From contig OZ255842.1 of assembly GCA_965277805.1 (NCBI GenBank), positions 736,001 through 800,000 on the forward strand: a DNA stretch of 64,000 nucleotides. Direction: 5' to 3'. This document shows positions 57,356-64,000 of the stretch, one piece after another (within the stretch, counting starts at the first letter, position 1; each line of letters starts with the position of its first letter). Under the pieces are notes generated by a model, which did no database searches, was not told the origin of the DNA, and saw nothing but the letters and a program-made list of their open reading frames with translations. Both the position numbers and the translations under genes were made by a program. This DNA comes from Candidatus Lustribacter sp. (lineage in GTDB: Bacteria > Vulcanimicrobiota > Vulcanimicrobiia > Vulcanimicrobiales > Vulcanimicrobiaceae).

Positions 57356-57442
57356 TGCAACACCTCGGTAGAAATACCGTACGGAAGGCGGTCATGGCAA
57401 TCCTCGGAGAAAGACTAGAACCGGTCAGGCCGTGGAGGAACG

Positions 57443-58699
57443 ATGCTAACCAAAGAAGAGAACGCGCTCCTTACTCAGACCGGTCGCGGAACGCCGATGG
57501 GCGACCTGCTGCGCCGGTACTGGCAGCCCGTTGCGGCGGCTTCCGAAATGGAAGACAAGTGGACGAAACGCGTCCGCATCATGGGTGAGGACCTCGTCCT
57601 CTTCAAAGATCGTACGGGAAAGCTCGGGTTGATCGAGGAGGCGTGCCCGCACCGGCGCGCGTCGTTGGCGTACGGCATTCCGACGCAGGACGGCATCCGT
57701 TGCCCTTACCATGGCTGGAAGTTCGACGGTGGCGGCCACTGTCTCGAGCAGCCGAACGAGCCCGAAGGCAGCAATTTCAAAGACAAGGTTTCGATCGCAG
57801 GCTATCCGGTGCAAGACCTGGCCGGTTTGATTTTTGCGTACCTCGGTCCGCTGCCGGCTCCCCTGATCACGAAGCTCGACGGCTACGTCGCAACGCCCGC
57901 CATTCGCCTGATCGCGAGTGCGGTTGTTCCGTGTAACTGGCTGCAAATTCAAGAGAACTCGGTCGATCCGATTCACAGCGAGTGGCTTCACGGCCACTTC
58001 GCCGAGTTTGTCGAAGAGCAGCGCGGTAATGAGGTGAAGTGGGCGTTTTCGCAACACCATAGAGCGATTGCGTTCGACGAGAAGCCCTACGGCATCATTA
58101 AGCGCCGTCTCAAAGAAGGCCAGTCCGAAGACTGCAGCGACTGGCGCGTCGGCCACCCGATGGTCTTCCCAAACATTCTCGCGGTCGGCAGCGGCGATAA
58201 GACCTGGAAGACGTATGAGTTCCAGATTCGCGTGCCGCAGGACGACACGCATACCATGCACTGGTGGTTCACGGCATTCGTTCCTGCCGCAGGCGTCGAC
58301 GTCGATGCGAAGCTCCTCGCAAAACCGCACTGCTTCGAGGTGCCGCTCGACACCAACGATCACGGGACGGCCGAGTTTCAAGACATCCTCGCGTGGACCA
58401 CGCAAGGCGGCGTCTGCGATCGGCGCGAGGAACACCTCGGCTCGAGCGATCGCGGCGTCACGATGTTTCGCAACATGCTGCGGCGCGAACTGAAGAAGAT
58501 CGAGAATGGCGACGATCCGATGCTCGTCAATCGCGATCCGGCGCTCGATGTTCCGCTGGAGCTTCCGCTCGAGACCGACAAGTCGCATTACTCCGAAGGC
58601 TTCGCAAGCCTGTTGCAGCGTCGCCATTGGCGCTATGCGGGGATCGACGCGGAATTACTCGCGGCGTTCTCGCGCGCGAAGGAAGTCGTGGGCGTATAA
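57443..58699 (+). CDS. Rieske oxygenase alpha subunit (phthalate 4,5-dioxygenase/LigXa-like)
   Basis: CPHRRASL...CPYHGW; ENSVDPIHSEWLH; QD; EHLGSSDRG. Confidence 0.9.
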   Translation: MLTKEENALLTQTGRGTPMGDLLRRYWQPVAAASEMEDKWTKRVRIMGEDLVLFKDRTGKLGLIEEACPHRRASLAYGIPTQDGIRCPYHGWKFDGGGHCLEQPNEPEGSNFKDKVSIAGYPVQDLAGLIFAYLGPLPAPLITKLDGYVATPAIRLIASAVVPCNWLQIQENSVDPIHSEWLHGHFAEFVEEQRGNEVKWAFSQHHRAIAFDEKPYGIIKRRLKEGQSEDCSDWRVGHPMVFPNILAVGSGDKTWKTYEFQIRVPQDDTHTMHWWFTAFVPAAGVDVDAKLLAKPHCFEVPLDTNDHGTAEFQDILAWTTQGGVCDRREEHLGSSDRGVTMFRNMLRRELKKIENGDDPMLVNRDPALDVPLELPLETDKSHYSEGFASLLQRRHWRYAGIDAELLAAFSRAKEVVGV

Positions 58700-58701
58700 G
58701 C

Positions 58702-59961
58702 GTGCGGCCTCTCCGCATGGGCGTTGCCGGCTTGGGGCAAGGAGCCGGCGGCGTGATGCCGTCGATGGCGGCGATGCCGGAAATCGACCTCATTGCCGGC
58801 GCCGACCTCAACCCAGAGATGCGCAAAGGCTTCGAAGAGCGCTACCCGGGTACGCGCACATACGACTCCGTTGCGGGACTCGCAAAAGATCCCGATGTCG
58901 AAGCGATCTGGGTTTCAACTCCCAATAAGTATCATTGCGAGCACGCGATCGAAGCGATGCGTCACGGGAAGCATGTTGCCGTTGAGAAGCCGATGGCCAT
59001 CGATCTTGCGGAAGCCGATCGGATGTGCGCGGCGGCCGAAAAATACGGCGTGAAGTTGCTGGCGGGGCACACTTCGAGCTACGGACTCGGCGTGCGCGCC
59101 ATGCGGCGCGTGGCGATCGAGGGCGGCCTGGGTGACGTGCGCGCGATCTTCGTGTGGTCCTACACGGATTGGATGCTTCGGCCGCGCACGGCGGACGAAC
59201 TCGTGTTCGAGCAGGGCGGCGGCTTGATTCACCGGCAGGGACCGCATCAGATCGACACGTTGCGCCTCCTGGGCGGGGGCATGTTGCGCAGCGTGCGCGG
59301 CACGACCGGATCGTGGCAGAAAGAACGCCCGATCCCCGGCTTCTACACAGCTTACATGGAGTTCGAAGACGGCACGCCGGCGACGATACTGCACAACGGG
59401 TACGGCTACTTTTTGACGGCGGAATTGTATCCGTGGGCGCCGTCGATGCACCGCTATCAAGAAGACGACCGCATTCGCTTTCGTAAGGGAATTCGGGCCG
59501 GGGCGCGTGACGAAGAAACCGAGAAGGCCGCTTACCGCATCGGCGGCACGCGTGACAAGACGCTGCAGAAGGCTCCGACCGAGATGCCGCCCTGGACGCC
59601 GTACGACATGGGCATGCTGGTGCTCTCGTGCGATCGCGGCGACGTGCGCCACTCGAAGTACGGGCTTTCGATCTACGGCGACGATGGGCCGCGAGAACTC
59701 GACTTGCGCCCATTCGGCCGGACCGAAGCGGATTTCGAGGGCGGCGTAACGCTGCAGGCGCTCGAGGAGCTGCACGGCGCGATCGTGCTCGGCAAGCCGG
59801 TCTATCACAGCGGTGAGTGGGGGCGCGCGACGCTCGAGGCGGCGCTGGCCATCATCACTTCGGCGCGCGACCGGCGCGAAATCATGCTCGAACGTCAGGT
59901 TCCGATGCCGGCATCCTACGATCTCGATTTCCAGCTGGGGGCGGCCGCGTCAGGGCAGTAG
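58702..59961 (+). CDS. Gfo/Idh/MocA oxidoreductase, phthalate cis-dihydrodiol dehydrogenase-like
   Basis: GVAGLG, EKPMA, YTDWMLRPR, GGGLIHRQGPHQID, GYGYF, ATLEA. Confidence 0.82.
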   Translation: MRPLRMGVAGLGQGAGGVMPSMAAMPEIDLIAGADLNPEMRKGFEERYPGTRTYDSVAGLAKDPDVEAIWVSTPNKYHCEHAIEAMRHGKHVAVEKPMAIDLAEADRMCAAAEKYGVKLLAGHTSSYGLGVRAMRRVAIEGGLGDVRAIFVWSYTDWMLRPRTADELVFEQGGGLIHRQGPHQIDTLRLLGGGMLRSVRGTTGSWQKERPIPGFYTAYMEFEDGTPATILHNGYGYFLTAELYPWAPSMHRYQEDDRIRFRKGIRAGARDEETEKAAYRIGGTRDKTLQKAPTEMPPWTPYDMGMLVLSCDRGDVRHSKYGLSIYGDDGPRELDLRPFGRTEADFEGGVTLQALEELHGAIVLGKPVYHSGEWGRATLEAALAIITSARDRREIMLERQVPMPASYDLDFQLGAAASGQ

Positions 59962-60918
59962 CAGCTCTTTCGCCGGAAACGAATTGGGAATAACGCCGAA
60001 GTGCGCCGCCTTTTCGATGAGCGGCTGCAAGTCGGCGGCGGTGAGGCGGGTGCCGGCATACGCGCGCTGCGTCATGTGCTCGAACACGCCGGGCTGCATC
60101 GCGCTGAATTGCCCGATGATCGGGGCGGTTTCGTCAGGGTGCGCGTTGGTATATGCTGCGGCTCGTTGCACCACGTCTTGGAACTTGCGAACGAGCGCCG
60201 GATTTTTCGTCGCCCAGTCGCTCGTCGTGAACCAGGCAGAGAAGAGATAGTGTGATGCGATCGCGGCGTAGGCCGTGCCGAGCATTTTCACTTTGCCCGT
60301 TTGCAGAGCGGCGTCGAGAAACGGTTCGGTCACGCTGGCGGCATAAATCCGGTTCTGCTCGATGGCCGCTCCGGCCGCGCCCATCGGCATCTCTACGAAT
60401 TTCAGACTCTTGGGGTCGCCGCCGTTGGCTTCCATCCACGACATAATGGCGACGGTCGATAGGTCGCCGAGCGTTGCCGACCCGACGATCTTGCCGTTGA
60501 GGTCCTTCGCGGTGGCGATGCCGCCGGCCGTACTCACGAGGAGTCCGGCATACGGATTCTGCGGCTGGAAATAGGCGCCCGGCGCAATCACCACGACGGG
60601 AACGCGATGGATGTGCGCGGTGAACAGCGCGAGCAACCCGGCGTGGCCGATGTCGTACGATCCGCCGACGACCGCGGCAGTCACGGCAGCACCGCCGGTA
60701 CCCTTTGCAATTTGCACATCGAGCCCGGCGCGTTCGAACATACCGGAGGCCTTGGCGTAGAGCACCGGCGTGATCGCATCGTCCGGCGAGGCGATGACGG
60801 TTACCGTCGCTAATTTGCTCTGCGCGAACGCGCTGCTGTTTCCCGTAGCTAGTGCAGTTACCGCAGCCAGCGTAAGGATTGCTGCCACGCGTGCGGCGCG
60901 AACGATCGTAACGAGCAT
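59950..60918 (-). CDS. ABC substrate-binding protein, NMT1/SsuA-like (solitary)
   Basis: Sec signal, GMFERAGLDV, DLNGKIVG, YTNAHP. Confidence 0.87.
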   Translation of the reverse strand: MLVTIVRAARVAAILTLAAVTALATGNSSAFAQSKLATVTVIASPDDAITPVLYAKASGMFERAGLDVQIAKGTGGAAVTAAVVGGSYDIGHAGLLALFTAHIHRVPVVVIAPGAYFQPQNPYAGLLVSTAGGIATAKDLNGKIVGSATLGDLSTVAIMSWMEANGGDPKSLKFVEMPMGAAGAAIEQNRIYAASVTEPFLDAALQTGKVKMLGTAYAAIASHYLFSAWFTTSDWATKNPALVRKFQDVVQRAAAYTNAHPDETAPIIGQFSAMQPGVFEHMTQRAYAGTRLTAADLQPLIEKAAHFGVIPNSFPAKELLLP

Positions 60919-60927
60919 CGGGTCCTC

Positions 60928-61740
60928 CTACCTCGGCGGCCGTGGTACCGCGTCGGACGTTGCAACGCTTTCGGGCCAACCGGAAACGGTCGACGACGCG
61001 CTGACGTTCTCCTGGATGCCGGCATTCGCTTTCCACAGCGCGCCGATGAAGCGCCGTCCGCTGACGCCGTTCGATTCATCCGAGATCAAGTATCGAATCA
61101 ACGGGGCCATCACGCTCGGCTGGATCAGCTTGCTGCGATCGCGGACGGCGTCTTGGGCGACCATGCGCGTGTCGGCGCCTCCGCCCGGTAAGATGGCGTT
61201 GACGGTAACACCGGTATCGGCGAGGTCTTTTGCCCATATGGTGGTCATCGATTCGAGCGCGGCCTTGGATGGTCCGTACGGATGTTCGCCGCCGCGCGTC
61301 ATCGTGCGATAGCTCGTGACGTGATTGATGATGCGGCCCCAGCCTTGAGCGACGAGTCGCGGTGCGACGGCGCGCGCCATGAAGAATGGACCCGCCGTAT
61401 TGGTCGTCCAGATCGATTGCCATTGCTCGATCGACAGGTCATAGAATCGCTGCGGGTGAGCGCCGCCCGCGTCGTCGCGGGTGGTCGACAGATTCAGCCC
61501 GGCATTATTCACGAGGGCGTCGACCGTTCCGAAGTGCGCGACCGTCGCGGCAACGATCGCTTCGCACTCGGCGGCATCCCTAACGTCGCCGCGCGCGATC
61601 AGCAGCCCGTTGGTCTCGCGCAGCTCGCCGGGTCCGGAGCGGCCCACCGCAACGACGCTATGGCCGGCAGCGAGCAGCGCTTCCACCATGACGCGTCCCA
61701 AGCCGGCGGTGCCGCCGGTAACGATGACGACTCTTTTCAC
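60928..61740 (-). CDS. SDR family oxidoreductase
   Basis: TGGTAGLG, LVNNAG, YGPSK, PGGGADT; GTG 61740. Confidence 0.87.
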   Translation of the reverse strand: MKRVVIVTGGTAGLGRVMVEALLAAGHSVVAVGRSGPGELRETNGLLIARGDVRDAAECEAIVAATVAHFGTVDALVNNAGLNLSTTRDDAGGAHPQRFYDLSIEQWQSIWTTNTAGPFFMARAVAPRLVAQGWGRIINHVTSYRTMTRGGEHPYGPSKAALESMTTIWAKDLADTGVTVNAILPGGGADTRMVAQDAVRDRSKLIQPSVMAPLIRYLISDESNGVSGRRFIGALWKANAGIQENVSASSTVSGWPESVATSDAVPRPPR

Positions 61741-61765
61741 CGGGGCAAAACGCGTCGGCAGTTCT

Positions 61766-62788
61766 TTACGGGAGCCAAGCGATGGCGCGAACCTCGGGGA
61801 GTCTGCGCGGGGTTGCTGCCCAGGTTTCGCCGCCGTCGACGCTGCGATAAATCTGCCCGAGGTTGGTGACGGCAAAGATGAGCATCGGATCGGCCGGGTT
61901 CGTCGCGAGAAAATACATCGAGCTCTCGGGCTGCACCGGCAATGCGACGTCTTCCCAGGTCGATCCGTAGTCACGACTGCGAAAGAGCCGGCCGTTCGAA
62001 CCCGGCGGCCCGTTGCCGTTTGTGACGAAGACGACGCCAGAGTCGTCCGGGCGCTGGCGAAGCGTGCGAACGTATTGCCATTTCGAATCGAGCGGCTCGA
62101 GCGTCCAGGTTAATCCGGCGTCGCTGCTGCGGTGAATTCCATCGCACGTCGTCGCAAAGAAGACGGCGCACCCGGAGGCATCGCGCACCACGCTATAACC
62201 GTGGATGTCCTCGGTGACGAGGCCGGCAGAGACCTTGCTCCACGTTTGTCCCCCGTCGACGCTTCGCCACGTGCCGTCGATTTCAACGCCGGCGATCACG
62301 ATGTTGGGTTCGTCTGGATGAAAGACGACGTCGGTGACCCGGGCCCAGTGTTTCACATCGCTCGTTTCGGCCGAAGTTGCCTTCGCCGCGTTCTCACCGG
62401 CGTAGAATCCACTCGTGACGTAAGGCCGCATGTCCGTCGCAATGGGTTGCCACGTTTGACCGTCGTCGTCGGAGCGGAAGAGCGCCGCCGGTTGCGTTCC
62501 GGCGATGATCGACTTCGGGTTTGACGGATCGAACGCGAGTGCCGTAACGAGGCCGTTGTCCACCAGGTTGCCCAGGTGCTTCCACTGAGCCGAGTCCGGG
62601 TCGAGCCGGTACACGCCGCTGTTCGTGCCCGCGAGCAGCACGCCGGGTTGCGCCGGATGAACGGCGAGCGACCACACCTGACTGCCGCTATACATATCGC
62701 AGCCACTCGGCATGCGGGCGATCGTCTCGCCCATGTTCGAGCTACTCCAGACCGAAAGGCCGTTGGTTGCCACGTAGAGTGAGGGCAT
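61766..62788 (-). CDS. BNR/Asp-box beta-propeller protein, no signal peptide
   Basis: Repeated SxDxGxTW (SDDDGQTW, SVDGGQTW, SSDAGLTW, SRDYGSTW, SVDGGETW). Confidence 0.8.
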   Translation of the reverse strand: MPSLYVATNGLSVWSSSNMGETIARMPSGCDMYSGSQVWSLAVHPAQPGVLLAGTNSGVYRLDPDSAQWKHLGNLVDNGLVTALAFDPSNPKSIIAGTQPAALFRSDDDGQTWQPIATDMRPYVTSGFYAGENAAKATSAETSDVKHWARVTDVVFHPDEPNIVIAGVEIDGTWRSVDGGQTWSKVSAGLVTEDIHGYSVVRDASGCAVFFATTCDGIHRSSDAGLTWTLEPLDSKWQYVRTLRQRPDDSGVVFVTNGNGPPGSNGRLFRSRDYGSTWEDVALPVQPESSMYFLATNPADPMLIFAVTNLGQIYRSVDGGETWAATPRRLPEVRAIAWLP

Positions 62789-62859
62789 AGCGTATATCTT
62801 TCCTTTCTCAGGGAAGGAATCATCCTCAACAACGCTAACGCCCGGCCCGAGGAGGGCAA

Positions 62860-63891
62860 GTGATAGAAGCCGATATTCACCACGCGACCTTGCTCGTCGG
62901 AAGTTTTCCGTACCGTGATGCGCGCGAAACCTTGACGGCAAGCGGCCCGGCGCTCGCGGGTGTGGCGAAGCGGCTGAGCGACGGCGAAGCGCAGGGTTGG
63001 ACGATTTTTGCTGCGCGCACCATTCCGGACGGCGATGGAATCGAACCGGACACCGATTTTACGCAGTTGCCGAACCGGCGCGTCCAAAAGTACCGCGTGC
63101 GCAAAGACACGACGGCAGCCGGCGTGCGATTCAACTCGGCCGGTTACGAGGAGATCGTCGCGGCGTCGTACGCGGTGTTTTGCGAGCTGCGCGACGCCGG
63201 AGTGATCGCACCGGGTACCCGGCTTCAGCAGAGCCTGCCGACGCCGCTCGGCGTCGTCGGTCAGCACTTCGGGGCCGCGGATATACCGGTCGTGCTCGAT
63301 GCGTTTCAAGCGGCGCATTTTGCCGACGTGGAGCGGCTTCTCGCGCGGGTGCCGCACGGCGATCTTGCGCTTCAATGGGATGTGGCGGTTGAGGTCGTCT
63401 CTTCGCTCGAACAGCTAGATCCGGTGTTTGCCGACCTCTATCCCCTCGAGAAGGTCGCGAGCCGGATCGCAACGGCTGTCGACCTCATCCCATCCGGCGT
63501 TGAGGTCGGCATTCATTTATGCTATGGCAACCCGGGCGGTCACCACATTATCGAGCCGCGCGATCTTGCGAATGTCGTCGCGCTCGCCAACGCGGTTGCG
63601 AAGAGCGTTCACCGTCAGTTGAATTGGGTACACATGCCCGTCCCGATCGATCGAGATGATCTCGCGTACTTTGCGCCGCTACGGGATCTCATGCTCGATA
63701 GCAAGACGGAACTGTATCTGGGGCTCGTACATCTTGGTGACGGTGTCGAGGGTGGAAGGCGACGGATGCGCGCGGCAAAGGCGGCGCGTTTGAACTTCGG
63801 CATCGCGACCGAGTGCGGGTTCCGCTATGTCCCGGTGGCGGAGGTTCCAAAGCTGCTGGAGTTGCACCGTACGCTGGGCCGGCTGGAATAA
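62860..63891 (+). CDS. Truncated MetE-like (cobalamin-independent methionine synthase catalytic domain) zinc enzyme
   Basis: LVGS, LQWD, HLCYG, YLGLVH, ATECG. Confidence 0.72.
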   Translation: MIEADIHHATLLVGSFPYRDARETLTASGPALAGVAKRLSDGEAQGWTIFAARTIPDGDGIEPDTDFTQLPNRRVQKYRVRKDTTAAGVRFNSAGYEEIVAASYAVFCELRDAGVIAPGTRLQQSLPTPLGVVGQHFGAADIPVVLDAFQAAHFADVERLLARVPHGDLALQWDVAVEVVSSLEQLDPVFADLYPLEKVASRIATAVDLIPSGVEVGIHLCYGNPGGHHIIEPRDLANVVALANAVAKSVHRQLNWVHMPVPIDRDDLAYFAPLRDLMLDSKTELYLGLVHLGDGVEGGRRRMRAAKAARLNFGIATECGFRYVPVAEVPKLLELHRTLGRLE

Positions 63892-63904
63892 GGAGAAGAT
63901 CGCA

Positions 63905-64000
63905 ATGAGTAGTGCCGCAACGACGGTTTGGAACAAGAACTATACGACACGAAAAGGCGACGTCGAGCTGGCCGTGTACCGGAAGCGGGCCGGTGCTCCG
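63905..64000 (+). CDS. Partial CDS, possibly the N-terminus of an alpha/beta hydrolase
   Basis: SD AAGGAG; MSSAATTVWNKNYTTRKGDVELAVYRKR..., runs off the window. Confidence 0.5.
   Translation, partial: MSSAATTVWNKNYTTRKGDVELAVYRKRAGAP

Noticed and set aside
56402-60918. SBPs as 4,5-dihydroxyphthalate decarboxylase (binding-protein-like fold)
   Set aside because: They carry export signals and resemble the other solitary SBPs.
1-64000. Mobile elements, prophage, defence systems, tRNA/rRNA, riboswitches
   Set aside because: None recognised by eye; intergenic gaps are mostly under 150 bp. An Rfam/Infernal scan would be needed to exclude small RNAs.

Overview
GC-rich, gene-dense bacterial window of about 55 CDS. 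I found no rRNA, tRNA, CRISPR array, transposase, integrase or phage genes. The gene repertoire (many SpoIIE/PP2C phosphatases, an NHL-repeat lipoprotein, a TonB-dependent receptor, many solitary NMT1/SsuA-type binding proteins) suggests a diderm soil Terrabacterium such as Ca. Eremiobacterota, but this is inference only. Layout: (1) 1-19 kb: a hybrid histidine kinase (partial, absent from the ORF track), a PP2C/Crp/hemerythrin signalling patch and mixed catabolic genes. (2) About 23-50 kb: a putative purine/pyrimidine nucleoside scavenging island. It holds a Mo-hydroxylase, a P450, two secreted adenosine-deaminase paralogues, three 2OG-Fe(II) oxygenases, an ABC importer, a TBDR, a coupled phyH-deoK-like-nucleosidase-add-tsgA operon, a secreted nucleoside hydrolase and a signal-bearing cytidine deaminase. 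(3) 50-64 kb: aromatic/organic-acid catabolic enzymes interleaved with solitary binding proteins. Best candidates for something new: the modified-nucleoside salvage system with Asp-to-Asn active-site swaps and exported enzymes, a recurrent sigma-H-like promoter motif ahead of apparently leaderless genes, and single-arginine Tat-like signal peptides. All family calls come from motif recognition by eye, not from database searches.
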